Source of the DNA: Callorhinchus milii
Lineage: Eukaryota
Assembly: GCF_018977255.1 (NCBI RefSeq)
Contig: NW_024704743.1
Location: 64,606,001 to 64,670,000 of the forward strand
Length of the DNA stretch: 64,000 nt
Reading direction: 5' to 3'
The notes under the pieces are model-generated. The model had not been told where the DNA came from, did not search any database, and saw only the letters and a program-made list of their open reading frames with translations. The position numbers were made by a program, and so were the translations under genes. Position 1 is the first letter of the stretch. Each line of letters begins with the position of its first letter. Of the stretch, positions 26,476 through 40,099 are shown in pieces.

Positions 26476-26739
26476 ACCTTGAGGAATGCCACAAATTTGT
26501 TACTAATTCCTTTATTAACGTCACTCCTAAGTACTTCTCTTTACTCACCAGACTGCTCCCGTCTGCCATTCCTTCGCATCCAATTCTCCAAGCCAGCTGG
26601 TCGCTTGCCAGAAAGAAAATCTCAGAAATTGTTGCATATAACACTGAGACACAGCCGTTATATATGGGATGATTCTAGCTGGTTTGTTGATGAAACAATG
26701 CTAGAATGAATTGGAATATCCAGAGTATCACTCTTTGAA

Positions 26740-26980
26740 GTCCCACTCTCTGGAACGCCATCTCGGAGTGCCTCCCACTTGTTCCCTCCCTCCTCACATT
26801 CAAAACCTGCCTCGAGACTTACCTCTTTGAAATTACCTTTCCCCTCCACACTCTCTTCAGCTACCATCTCCCAGCTCAGCTGCCCCCTGCCCCCCCCCCC
26901 CCCCCACCACACACACAGCAGCAAAGCACTTTGACATAGCGCCCTGATGGGAAAGGCAGTATATAAATATAAATTGTATT
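26740..26980 (+). mobile_element. L2 3' end fragment
   Basis: CCCACTCTCTGGAAC...TTCAAAACCTGCCTCGAGAC...GAAAGGCAGTATATAAAT. Confidence 0.65.
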
Positions 26981-27771
26981 CTGTAGTAGACTAACTGTTG
27001 TTCACACTTACTTCTTATATCTTTTAAGTGTGTTTTCTGAGAAATTGTATCAAACAGTCAGATAATTGATGGTATCTATGAGATGGACTGTCCCACGTTT
27101 CCTACCAATGTCAACAGTGGATGGAGGAAATGCAGGAACAAAACAGCATGCTTATTGTTTCAAGAGAATTGACTGTAGATTGGTCAACTAGAGAACAAGA
27201 GTCCATTGGTTGCCTTTTACTTTATAAACAAAATAAAAATGCATTCAGTTTAGAATAATAAATACTCACAACGTGTTATTGATTTGGATGAATAAGACCC
27301 TTCAGCCCATTTGATTTCATCCTTCTGATTACAACAGCAAGTGATTTCTAAACTTAAGCAACTCTAGTGGCCTGGCCTCTATCAGCCTTATTGGTAACCC
27401 ATCTCAATTGTTGCTTAATGTCTGTGTGTTAAAATACTGGGTGCTGAGAAAAATCAAAATGTCAGTGATAGAAGAAGAGCACAGCACAGAAAGATTCTTC
27501 AAGAAAAACAAATAGGATTATTAATTTCTTACATACCATGGAAATTGTTATTACTTCAGTCTGTGCTAGAGTTTCAGAGTTCTAACATAACCATCCCAGG
27601 CAATCTATCTGACAATTATTGGATTCAGAGCCTTTCACCTTTACTCAGAGTGTTATTTATAAACTATAATGACAACTGAAGCATTTATGGTTGTTTTCAC
27701 ATATATTAAATACCTTTGCATAATGTATATGAAACAGAATTGCCTTACCTATGTGGTAGGAGAAATATAGC

Positions 27772-28165
27772 ATTAACCTGGCTCAGTTGGGAGCACTCAC
27801 TCCTCTGAGTCACAATCCATATAGTCTATACTGACACTCCAGTGCAGTGCTGGGGGTCAGTTACATTGTCAAAAGTACCGTCCCTCAAATGAGATGTTAA
27901 ACTGAGGTCCTACTGTCTGTCCAGGTGGTTGTTAAAGATTCCATAGCACTAAAGGAGTATTTCCCAGATTCCTGGCCAACAATCCCCAAATATAATTTAT
28001 CATACGCTCCATGGCTATTTGTAGGACATTGCTGTGCACAAATTGGCTGCTGCATTCACACACAAAATACACAGTCACAACAGTTTACAGTATATTGTCT
28101 GAAGTACTTTGAGACATCTCAATGATGTGATAAGTATTATATCAAATGTAAAGAATATTATTATA
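27772..28165 (+). mobile_element. DeuSINE
   Basis: Head CCTGGCTCAGTTGGGAGCAC, Deu core ATGAGATGTTAAACTGAGGTCC...AAAGATTCCATAGCACTA, shared tail. Confidence 0.78.
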
Positions 28166-29032
28166 TATTATAGTAAGTTGTATTTTGCAGAAATTATTTC
28201 CATAATACTGATAACGAATACAAATTATGGATGTATCAGTTGCACTGTAAAATGCAAGATAGTAAAATAGACTGAATCATAGATGAGATTACAATACATT
28301 TGCCCATTGAGCCTCCAGGAGGGTTCTTTCTGCTGTTAACTTTATTTATTACGTAGCCTTCAAATGATGTGGCATGACGGTGCTTTAGCTCAAATCACAC
28401 AATTAAGTTGCAGGAGCCTGACATCTATTATTTATCCATGTTTTAATTTATTATTTAATGCATTTACATGGAATAATGTGTTGTTCTGTGTGACCTCTCA
28501 TAAGCCATCTGTGTGAAAGGTACACCCGAGAGCAAGAGTTTACAAAGGACAATAATCAGATTTACAGAATAATTGTAGGAGTGTGATTTTCAGAAAGTAT
28601 TTGTTGCACCAGTAGGTTCCACAGATCTCATGTGTTCTTTTTTAAAATTATACAATACTTTTTTTCCGACAAGGGAATTGAAGTTTTTTGTCTTTTATAG
28701 GGGTGCAGCATGTAAGGGACCTATATTCAAACGTTTTTCAGCTTCACAGCCCAATGCAATGTGACATTTACCTTAGGGCAGCTTATTTCAGCTGTAGGAA
28801 ATGTCACAAGTCATTTATGGGTTTTTTATTTTGGTTGATTTACAAAATTTTAGACACAGTAACTAGCTTCAAGCTCTCCAGTGACCTGTCCTTGGTCTGA
28901 GTTGCATAATTTGTGAACCCACACGTTTTCCATGTTTGTAAATTGTGACTGAACCTTTGCTTGCTGGCCCTAATGTGGGCAATGGTAAAAATAACTGAAC
29001 TGAGGCAAACTCACAATTGGCTAATTATTCAA

Positions 29033-29040
<8 letters not shown>

Positions 29041-29063
<23 letters not shown>

Positions 29064-29362
29064 CCTTGCATTTGATATAGCATGTTATCACGTCATTGAG
29101 ACATCTCAAAATGCTTCACAGAATTGACTGTATTTTGTGCAGCAGCCAATTGCGTACACAGTGTCCCACGAATAGTCATGAATTGAATTTATTTTTGGAG
29201 CAATCAGCCAATCAACTAACAAACGGGTTCCTATTTACTGCTTGGTAAACAGAGGTGTGTGGAGTTAGGAAACTTGGCTAAGGTTTCACGTCACCCAGGA
29301 ATCAAACCCAGATCCTCTCGTTTGCGAGACAAGCATGCCAACCACTATGCTACGGGACTCCA
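29041..29362 (-). mobile_element. tRNA-SINE, long form
   Basis: (AAT)n tail, long-form segment (GGTTCCTATTTACTGC...AAACAGAGG), head ...GCTACGGGACTCCA. Confidence 0.88.
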
Positions 29363-31008
29363 TTATTTTTAGAATATTTCTGTAGAGAAGTAAATGGTAC
29401 AAAGTAACATGAGAGGCACTAAAAGTAAGTTAGTTAATCCTTGCAACTTTCCTGAATTGCAAAAATTGATTTGCTAAAAAGCTATAGAAAGCATAATAGG
29501 GTTTGAAATGAGAATGAATGCTCTTTGGGTGCAGAATGCTATAAAGTGTGGAGTATGTGCCTTAAAAGCATAATTCCTGCATATGTACTTAAACTGTACT
29601 GGAAGATTTTAAGTTTGATTGAGGAAGTCTGCAAAAAATTGATTAGTTCCACAATGCAGTTTTAAAAATATCATAGAATTACAGTATTGGTCAGATCTGT
29701 TGTGAAGTCAGCCAACAAATTCATCTTCGCCAAATTGATACTAAAAGAAAAGAACATATGAGTTTTTAAGGGTGTTTCTGAATTCCTGCTTCTGATATTA
29801 CCTCAGCAGGTTGTTTGAGCAATTAAATATGTGCCAATGGGTCCAGAATCAATCAAGCTGCTAACTGCTGTTGATTCCATTGAAATTGTAAACTTTTAAA
29901 AAAATTACATTTAAAAGTTCTCGAGGTAGACCAGCTTTAGGCTTTTCAATGCTTTTAGAGAGTCATTTGCATGACCAGCTTTCTAATAACATTCAAATCT
30001 TACCATCTCCCAGCATTCTTCAGATAGAGAAAGATCGATTCAGAATGGGTAAGTATAAATCAGACCTTCCAATGTCCATCGATCTATTTCTGAAAGTGTA
30101 TCTCACTGCTTTTGGGTATTTTGCAAGGAAGCTAGTTATAACTGCTGAGTTACAAATACAAAGGAACATGTAAGAATAAGTGGACATCCTGAATCAATCA
30201 GCCTCTGAGGTGAGCAATTACTGCAGCAAAACCTTGATTGTTCTCTTGGACTATTAGAATTCAGGATACAAAAGTGACATATTTCTAAGTGAAGAAAATT
30301 ACTAGTTAGTTTTTACCAGAATAGCTATTTGCTCAACTGCAGTAAACATCTAATAAAGCAAGTAATTAGTATGCAGTACATTGCTGGGATCATTATTCAC
30401 TTTTCAAATAGCTTAGCTCTTACAGATAAAGCGCCTTCTAAAAATATAAATGTGGCTTAAAGGAGACTGGTCTTAATACCTATCTTTTTGACTGTGCTTT
30501 CAGTCACTCCCTTAACCCACAGCTCACTCTCAGTCCCCTCTCCCTAGCTCGGGCTCCCAGTCGGCTGTGCAAAGAGTTTTGAGATGTCCCCCCATCATGA
30601 AAGGTGCTATATAAATGTAAATTGTTCTTGTACTTGAAAGCTGCCTTTCCTACATTTAGTTTGATGTGAATTGTATCCTTGGGATCATGCAAAAGTTGTC
30701 CCCATGATAAAATTCTCTAAAAATGTGATGAACTCAGGTTATATTTATTGGGGTGGAGTCCTCCTGAACTTTGTTGAATAGTAGGACCTGACTCAAGCTA
30801 AAGGATTTCAGCCATTAGTGGTGTTGAAATCTCTAGCAGCCACCCTTGTTGTTGCTGACCACAGTGTACGCTTGACTATTGCTTAACAGGATACCAGCTT
30901 CAGAGTTGGAGGAGGGGTGTTTTACCTTGTTCTCGGTCAGTAATTATCAAGGAGATCAACAATATTAATTATTTGTAATATTCCTAGATAATACAAATCC
31001 TCTCAAAG

Positions 31009-31778
31009 CCTCTCAAAGCCAGTCAGGAACCTTGGCGTTCCTGTCGACCCTGAGCTGTCCTTTCTCCCTCATATCCGCGCCACAACTGGCACCGCCTTCC
31101 ATCACCTCCGGAATATCGCCAGACTACGGCACTACCTCACCCCTCACACTGCTGAAACTCTGGTCCACGCCTTTATCACCTTAAGGCTGGACTATGGGAA
31201 CTCTCTCCTCGCCGGCCTTCCCGCCACTTCCCTCCACAAGCTGCAGGTCATTCAGAACTCTGCAGCTCGTGTACTGTCCCGCACCAGGCTTCAGGACCAC
31301 ATCACTCCCACCCTCGCTCACCTCCACTGGCTCCCCATCCCCCAGAGGATCGAATTCAAGATCCTCATTCTCACCTACAAGGCCATTCACGGCCTCGCTC
31401 CCTCCTACCTCTCTGACCTACTATCCCCCACCTACCTGCCCGTACCCTTCGTTCCTCTGGCTCCAGTCTGCTCCATATCCCCCGCCCCAACCGCCCTACC
31501 ATCGGTGGCCGGGCCTTCAGCCTCTCAGCCCCGAGGCTCTGGAACTCCATCCCCCAGTGCCTTCGCCGCCTCCTCCCTTTCCTCCTTCAAGGCCGGTCTC
31601 AAGACCTTTCTCTTTGACCGAGCCTTCAGCTCCCCTCTCGACTCTCTACCCCCTCCTCGCTCCCTCCCTTCCCTCCCCTCATCCTGAGCATTTCCCCCCT
31701 GCTCGGGTCCTGACCCAACTGTCCAGCACCTTGGGACGTCCTCCTGACGCTCTATAAATGAAATCTTGTTGTTGTTGT
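31009..31778 (+). mobile_element. Young 5'-truncated L2 LINE
   Basis: Open frame VRNLGV...AETLVHAFITLRLDYGNSLLAGLP...LQVIQNSAARVL...HITPTLAHLHWLPIPQRIEFKILILTYKAIHGLAPSYLSDLL; (TTG)n tail. Confidence 0.94.
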
Positions 31779-32304
31779 TTGATTTACAGGACAGTCCTGT
31801 TATAATGCACTTGTTTATAGTACGAGTGCAGTTATTACACGGTTGCCCTGTGAGCTCCATTCACTGAGCGTGTACACAACAAGCCCGCTTGCTGCATGCT
31901 GGCTGGCTTTCACTCAAAAATGGTCAACTTCCAGATCATTAGGTCACCATCGTTATTCCATCCTACTTTGTTGCACTTGTACAAATAGGAAATAGATTCA
32001 GAACAGGCATTGTAGATTATCAGTTGACAAACTGTCATTGGCAAATCTGATGACCTGGAAGTTTTTTCTTTTAGCGCAGGAAGCAGCTGTTGCAAGATAA
32101 CTGGCTACACACCAACACAGTGACACCACACCAGATTAGGATGATATGGTTCCCAAATGCTGTATTATAACAAAACTCTGCTGTAGCACCCATAACATTA
32201 AACTGGATCGTAGTGCTGTGTATTTCTAGGTAAACACAGCAGCTGCACAGATCGCTGAACACTGGCCAGATTATTGAGTGAATGTAGGCAGGCAATTAAA
32301 ATCA

Positions 32305-32875
32305 TAGAAATGTAGGCAATTTAAAAAATGGAATTCTATATTTTATATAGTACAGTATTGAATACAAGAGAAAGGAGTTAATGTTGAATTTGTACAAGAC
32401 ATTGACTGAGCTGCTGGAGTAGAAAGGACATTATGGCCATGATGAGGGTACGTTGATACCAGCGATGAGAGGTTATAGAGCCTGGGCTTTTGCTGGTGCA
32501 TAGAAGGTTAAAAGGTGGGAATCTAATAGAAATCTTTAACAAATGGTGAATATCTTTGATAATAAGGTCAATAAAAAAGACAACTTCTACTAATCGGCAT
32601 TTTACTAACATAAGGATAGAAGCTGAAGACTAGTATTAGAAGAAAAAAGGGTGAGGTTAGAAAACACGTTTAGAGGTTGGCCACCAATATTTAGTGAAGT
32701 AGACACTATTAGAGTATTTGAAGGGGAATTGAATAAATATTAGAATAAAACCATATGAAAGGAATGGCAAAATAGTAAGGGCATGGAAGATTAGAGCAGA
32801 TATCTCCAGTGGGAGAGCTAACACCAACACAGACATGAAGGATCAAATAGCCCCTTTCTGTGCTGTATAGTTCTA
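32305..32875 (+). mobile_element. Old CR1 3' fragment
   Basis: GAATACAAGAG...TTAATGTTGAATTTGTACAAGAC, AGAAGGTTAAAAGGTGG and CCCCTTTCTGTGCTGTATAG terminus. Confidence 0.65.
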
Positions 32876-33372
32876 ACTGTTGGAGGTGTAAAATAGCAAC
32901 AAAAAGGGTGGAAATAGATTTACTACCAAGCCAACCATCTGCTGGTTGGCTTGGAGTGAATAATATAAAAAATGAAGGTGCAATAGGACATTTTAATTAT
33001 ACTGATGAGTTATTAATTTTGTAAGCATTAATTTAATTCATGCACTGCAGAAGTATTTCAGCTGTGGAATAATCTAGGATAAACACTGCTTTGTGAAGGT
33101 TCAATGATTAAGACTTAGGGCTGTAAACATTATATTCAAATCAAGGTTGCCAACTCAACTGCAAATGTACATTGTTTAAACCAAGAATATGATGGAACAT
33201 ATTATACTACTAATAATAATACCATCAGATGTGTCTTCTGTATCACTTATGTTAAAGTAGAATTTTGTTAAAGTGCAATTGGCATGGGAGGATAAAAACA
33301 TTGCACAAAACAGGAATGGTTTCAATATTATAGATATAATATTATGGATATACAATATCTATATATAAATAT

Positions 33373-33696
33373 GTGGAGTCCTGTAGCTCAGTGGTTAGAG
33401 CACACGCTTTGCAAGCGAGAGACCTGAGTTCAATTCCAGACAGGGCGAAACCTTGGGCAAGTTTCCTTATTCCACACGCCTAATAATAATCCCTTCAAAA
33501 CAAAAAACAATAATAAATTGATCATTTTCAATCCACGACTGTTTGTGGGACACTGCTGTGCGCAATTCGCTGTTGCATTCGCTTACAAATATACAGTCAA
33601 TTCACTTTACCGTATATTCTGTGAAGCACGTTGGGACGTCTAGAAGACGTGAAAAGTGCTATATCAAATGCAAGGATTATTACTATTATTATTATT
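33373..33696 (+). mobile_element. tRNA-SINE, short form
   Basis: GTGGAGTCCTGTAGCTCAGTGGTTAGAGC through ATCAAATGCAAGGATTATT. Confidence 0.93.
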
Positions 33697-36600
33697 TTTA
33701 TTATAGCATACAAGATAATAATAATAATAATTATAGCATTCAAGATTGAAGCAGAAGAGATTTAACCGATGCATTTATTCCTGAAGTGTACTCTTGTGAA
33801 GGATTGCTGCCATATTATTTACTTTTTGATATCTATATCATGTTGTGGAATAATCCTAGAGTTGAAGTCACGTGATAGAAGTGCACTGCACATAACGTAT
33901 TCTAATTCAATCAAAGAAGTTAGATGTCCACAGGGATCTCCTATTACACTCACTGCAAATGTAAACAATCTCATATCATACAAACTGCTCCAATAAATAC
34001 CAACTAAACAAATCAGAATGTGTTTCCGGGCTGCAACACAGTTTAATAATAGCAAAAAAGAACAGGTGCCATTGATAAAATGTTTGTGAACCCATCAGTA
34101 TATTACTGCTCTACTGCAAATTATACTGTGTGTTATAACATATATATATACAACATTCAATATAGAAGTTAAAATGAAGAGTTGATTCAGTTTTTTGTTT
34201 CAAGGAAGAGGCAAACACGCATGTAGCTCAGACAGATTCACACCTCATTTTCAGAACGATGGAGATCCAATTTGTAATACAATCACAATGCAAGAAGTGA
34301 CTTTTCCAATAGAAGAGTCTTTTGCAGATAGAACAATAAAGGTGACATTCAGAGTACTATCCATTGATCAATATGCAAGTATGGGAAAAGCTATGTTCCC
34401 ACCAACCTTTTACCAGTTTACTGCTGAGCTATTAATGTTGAATATTTATATGCCTATGGATAACGTTCACACAGCCAATCACCATATACAGTCAGAGTCA
34501 AATAATTAAATAAACAAGATATGAGTCCTTGACCTCTATCCGTCAGCCACATAACACATCAGCCAGACCTCATCACTGAACACCATCTGTGTACAAAAGG
34601 AGGAGGAAAGCCAAGTCCAGAGGGCAGGACATGAACATGGTTATGGACAAGATCATGGCCAGGAAGCAAAGAATACTTGTCACCAGCTTCAATCTCTGTG
34701 GTAGAATATAATTTCCAAGGATATAAGGGTCGAGGAAGGAAATAGTTCAACAATGTGAAGAAAACAAAAAAACTGTAAACTATACCAGCAAAGTTGGTTT
34801 ACCAGCAATGTCACCAGAAGGTGAGGTAAGTTCTGAACCTGAGAAGAAGATGGAACAGTTACTCAGCTTGGACTATTTAGAAGGCGAACTACTCCTGACT
34901 TATACAGGTAAGAATCTCATGTAAGTGTCACCTTATACATAGAACACATTGCAGAATCATAAAGTTGGGATCTACTAATAGAACCACTTTAGCCTATCAA
35001 AGGCAGGATCCTGGGACACACATACAGCCAATGTGTGAAGGATGCATTGGTATGGCTCACTTAAAGTTAGATCACATTGGTAATACAAATGGTCTCCACT
35101 GATGTTTCTCTGCTCTCTTGGACAAATGACTGGTCCTACCAGCATTCCAGAACAATGAATTTAGGTGGAATGATCGAGGTGGATTGAAACAATTAATCTA
35201 GCTGTATTAGTACAAGTGCAATGTTCTCCTGTTGCTCGAAAATGCTCCTGTGGCAAAAAACAAAACACCATTAATGGTTGTTTGTTTGACAGCCACATTG
35301 ACACTGAGGGTCCTTGTAAGTTTGGACCAATGCATATATCTCTGGAATTACCTCCCTACTTATCCACTTCTCCATATCCATAAAATATACCTGTAGTTTA
35401 TTCAAGCCATTTGAATGTGAAGAAAACAAGTCCTTGATAAGTCCTATTAACTGTCCCCTTCTTGTGTGTCTCCTTTTCATATTTGTATTCTTCTGTCACA
35501 GGTAGCATGATCACTGTCTAGTAGGTACAAAGGATTGAGCATTTTTTGGAACAATGCCTTTTATTCTGCCGGCCTTGTGAAACTGACTGCAATTATTATT
35601 TACAGAGCATCTGCAACATGCAATTGAAGAGTATAGTAAATGCAGTGTTACTTTAAGAACATAGAAATGTTTCAGGATTAGGAAAAACATTTAGTAAAAA
35701 TAAATAAGTCATTATACATTAATCTATCTCTTATCCCTCAATTCATATATTAACTAAATAGTTATCTAATTCTCTCATGAATATGATGGAATAATCTGCC
35801 TTCACTTCCTTCCTAAGTAATCTATTCCACATAATATAGTAACTGCTATCTGTGAAATGTAATTAAATATGAACTCTCTGTTCATCCTCTCCTCTTCAAA
35901 CCTAGACTCTGTTGCCCCTTGTAATTTTTTTGACTATGTTAAACATATTATTAGGGTTCAGTTTATCCAAACTCTTAAATAATGAAATCTCCCCAGGGGC
36001 TTCCCTTCTTTATTGTGAACTCTTCAGTTATTTGAATATATGTTTGTTCCTAACAATTGGATTAAATAATTCCAGTTCACTGGCAATAGTTGTACAATTA
36101 TGTTATTGTACAATGTTATTTGTACCACTGTCAAGATGTACAGATTAACACCACTCAAAGTTTCCTGACTGTCTAGACAAATAGGCCATCAAACAGTACA
36201 ATAGCTTGCATTTATTTAGCATCCTTCTCATAGGATAGCGTCTTAGAGTGGTGGGGTTGAACACTGGCCAAGGGAGTGGGGGGTTCAGGTGCCATCAAAG
36301 AGCTAGGTCTCAAAGTAGGATTTAAAGATAGATACAGAGGGGTTGAGGCAAAGGGATTGAGGCAGGAAGTTCCAGAGGATAGGGTCATAGTGAAGACATG
36401 GCCAGCAATGTAAATTATGAGTCAATTCATATTTATATAGCGCCTTCGGGAGGACGTCTCAAATCTTTCAACCCAGCTGGTCTACCATTCCAGCTAGGGG
36501 CGGAAGCAGTAAGTAGGGAGAACATTTACAGATGTTCCAAATATAAAAACATTCTTGGAACATTTACAAAGGTTGAAAACATTTTTTTACACTGTGATAG

Positions 36601-36904
36601 AAATGAATGATCGCAATATGGACATTCGCCTTCATTCTCTTTTGTAGTGAGTTATTGCAACGAGATATTTTGTACAAGCACACGGTAACTGCGTTATTTG
36701 AACCACTCTAGATCCCAACCTTATAAATGTACTTAAGATAATAATGTTGCTGGAAAAAAGAAAGAGGTATTTTACTATTTGCATTACGTTGCAGGACCAA
36801 ATAACTATTAGGTTATAGGCCCTAAATTCTACCCATTAAAACCAGTTTGACCTTTAGTTCCACTGTAATTATTTTATATCAGTCAATAATCATTTTACAT
36901 GTAA

Positions 36905-37214
36905 AATAATAATCCTTGCATTTGATGTAGCACTTTTCACATCTTCTAGACGTCTCAAAGCGCTTCACAGAATATGCTGTAAAGTGAATTGACTGTATAT
37001 TTGTGGGTGAAACGCGGCAGCCAATTGCGCATAGCAGTGTCCCACAAACAGTCGTGGATTGAAGTGACCAATTTATTATTGTTTTTTTTCTTGAAGGATT
37101 ATTATCAGGCGTGCAAAGTAAGGAAACTTGCGCAAGGTTTCGCCCTGCCGGGAATCAAATCCAAGTCTCTCGCTTGCAATGCGAGTGCTCTAACCACTGA
37201 GCTACAGGACTCCA
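36905..37214 (-). mobile_element. tRNA-SINE, short form
   Basis: Full reverse-complement copy. Confidence 0.92.
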
Positions 37215-37744
37215 ATGTTATTGATACAAAATAACATGTATCAATGTTATTTTAGATGCAGTTATAAATTCTCCCCATCCCTTCTGAATTTGGGCGTTTA
37301 TTATTCCTGTTACATATTTTATACCTTTCTGCCAGAAAAAATCAATACTTTGTAGTCACTTCTAAAAGAATCCCTGCATTTCGGAGTTCCTGTTTTGGAG
37401 AAGTTGATATTTCATTCTATAAAGTGTGAAGATATTGAAGTTGAAAATGTGGCACTATATCCCAACAGGAAATTGAAAATAATATTTTTTTCAGGTAACC
37501 AACATGGGCCACACTAACATTAGCACGTACAAAACCCTTTCTGTCAGATCGCTTTGGTGTAGTAAGATGCATATCCAGTTAACTAAATCTATTTCCTTTC
37601 CATATTACAAATTGTGTTTTCTCTGGTTTAGATCCAGAAATCTGGTCATTAGAACTTTACCGATCATTTGTTCTCAAAAAGCATACAGCGCAAACATTAT
37701 ATGGCAAGGCTGAGAGGAAAATCAGGACTGCAATCTTTTCCTTT

Positions 37745-38570
37745 GTTCTACAGCTCTTTGGAGTGTAGCTAAAAATGAAAAAGATTGTGAACAACTTCAG
37801 GGGACAAATACAGATTAGTTGATTGGGCAGAGAAATGGCAAATGAAATTTAATGCAGACAAATGTAAGGTTATACATTTTGAGAGGAAGAATAAAGATAA
37901 CAAGTAAATGCTGAGTGGTAAAATATTAAAAGGAGTAGTAGAGCCAGTACTTGGGGTTAATGGTAGGCAGGTGACAAAACTTCAAAAAAGCTAATGAACA
38001 TATAAAAGCAAAGAAGTAATGCTAAACTTACATAAATCAATAGCTGGACCGCAGTTAGAATATTGTGACCAGTGTTTTAGGAAAGGTGTCAAAGAGATAG
38101 GGGTGTTGAGAGATTTACTAGGGATGATACTAGGGTAAGTAGATTGGTCTATGAGCAAAGCCTGGAGGAACTAGGACTTTATTTGCTGGAACAAGGAAGG
38201 TTGAGAGGTGACCTGATAGAGACCTTTAGAATTATGAGGGGTTTTGATAGTCAGTAGGGAGAAATTATTTCCGTTGGTCAGTGAGTCAGTAACTAGAGGG
38301 CATCAATTTAACATAGTTAGTAAATGAGCAAATGGAGAAGTTTGAAGAAATTGTTTGAACCACAGAGTAGTTAGGATATGGAATTCCCTGCCGACATTGG
38401 TAGTTGAGGCTAAATCCATATTGGCCTTCAAGGTAACTAAAGAAATATCTTAAAAAGAGATATGGGGAAAGGGCCTGTAAGTGGGACTGAAATTATTGCC
38501 TTTGAGGGAGCCAGCAAGACACGATGGGCAAAATGGCTTCTTCGGTGCAGTAAATTCCTATTGTTCAATG
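37745..38570 (+). mobile_element. CR1 LINE 3' fragment
   Basis: Reads WAEKWQMKFNADKCKVIHF, RRLRGDLIETFRIMRGFD and TRGHQF; CR1 terminus near 38520-38570. Confidence 0.9.
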
Positions 38571-38619
38571 ATTCAGTATTCACAATCTGCACTTAACACA
38601 TGGTTCATCAGCCATCACA

Positions 38620-38948
38620 TGGAGTCCTGAAGCTCAGTGGTTAGAGCACTCGCTTTGCAAGTGAGAGACCTGAGTTCAATTCCAGGCAGGTCAGGGCGAA
38701 ACCTTGGGCAAGTTTCCTTACTCCACACAGAGCCTAATAATAATCCCTCCAAAACCAAAAACAATAATAAATTGGTCATTTTCAATCTACGACTGTTTGT
38801 GGGACATTGCTGTGCGCAATTGGCTGCCGCGTTCACCCACAAATATACAGTCAATTCACTTTACAGTGTGTTCTGTGAAGCGCTTTGGGACGTCCTCCCG
38901 ACGTGAAAAGCGCTATATCAAATGCAAGGGTTATTATTATTATTATAA
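38620..38948 (+). mobile_element. tRNA-SINE, short form, youngest-looking subfamily
   Basis: Tail stem-loop GGGACGTCCTCCCGACGTGAAA matches the L2 tail at about 55823-55845. Confidence 0.93.
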
Positions 38949-39710
38949 TTGGACAGTTCACTCAGGAGTTAAAGATCATGGTAACTTGCTCAGCAGATTA
39001 CCAACAGCAGTGCACGTTCTCTAGATGTCTAGCTCCTCCTCGGTGTTTCTCCGTATCTGGCCTCTGTTCCATGTAAGTGGAGTTGAATAGAATGACTTCA
39101 TGCAGTTTTGTCTTACGATTTTCTCAAATTCATTACTTTCCTTTTATTTGTTCCATAACTTGCAATAAGCCTGTGTTCTCCTGCCTTTGGATTGTCAAGC
39201 TGTGACCCACTCCTCAGTTCTAATGACAGCTCAGAGTATTTGGTTTGGGAGCCAAAAAGAAAATTGTGTTTGCTTGGACTTGGCAAAATATTATTTTGCA
39301 TCTGCAGTATTGTGCTTTGCTCCTCTTGTGTATCTCATATCTTTACCTCTGATTCCATGCTTTCACCCACAGTCGATCCACTTTACTGTATCCTGGGAAG
39401 TGCTTTAAGATGTCTGAATGACATGATATGGCGCTATATCAAATGCAAGTTATTATGATTATTATTGTTTCATGTTTATATTATCAGGTCCAATGCACAC
39501 TTTTTTTAATGGGATTCTAAAATAAGGAATCCCGTTAGAATTTCTATTGACCTGCAGGACATCCCGTTTGGAAAGAGATCACAGGAGTGTCTTGTGGGTC
39601 AGTGTGATGTATTTCTGGTTAATGAAAGGAAAACCCATTTGCTTGAAATTGATTCCTTATTATTGAATCTATTAAGAAATACCACACATCACACCCAATT
39701 TTCCACTTCT

Positions 39711-40099
39711 AATAACAATAATAATAATCCTTGCATTTGATATAGCGTCTCATCACGTCTTCAAAGAATCTCAAAGCGCGTCATAGAATATACTGCAAAG
39801 TGAATTGACTTGGTATTTTGTGGGCAAAATGCGGCAGCCAATTGCGCACGACAGTGTCCCACAAACATTTGCGGATTGATTGACCAAATTATTATTATTT
39901 AGAATTTTTTTTATGGGTTTTATTATCCTCAGAAAGCGATCCGATAATTGACTAACAACCGGGTTCCTACTTACTGCTAGATAAACAAAGGCGTGTGGAG
40001 TAAGGAAACTTGCCTAAGGTTTTGCCCCACCCAGGAATCGAACCCGGGTCCTCTCGCTTGTGAGACGAATACGCTAACCACTGAGCTACAGGACTCCAC
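39711..40099 (-). mobile_element. tRNA-SINE, long form
   Basis: Full reverse-complement copy with the extra internal segment. Confidence 0.92.

Noticed and set aside
33373..33445. tRNA-like sequences (Ala/Val-like) at the SINE heads
   Set aside because: No proper acceptor stem, and each continues into SINE body and tail; not tRNA genes
34500..34912. Purine-rich stretch ending in the donor-like CAG|GTAAGA
   Set aside because: No continuous frame, clear acceptor or recognisable protein; the VWC2 CDS is complete without it
38615..39024. Recurrent short ORFs such as MWDTAVRN... and MTVYLW... found many times
   Set aside because: Translations of the same non-coding SINE, not a peptide gene family
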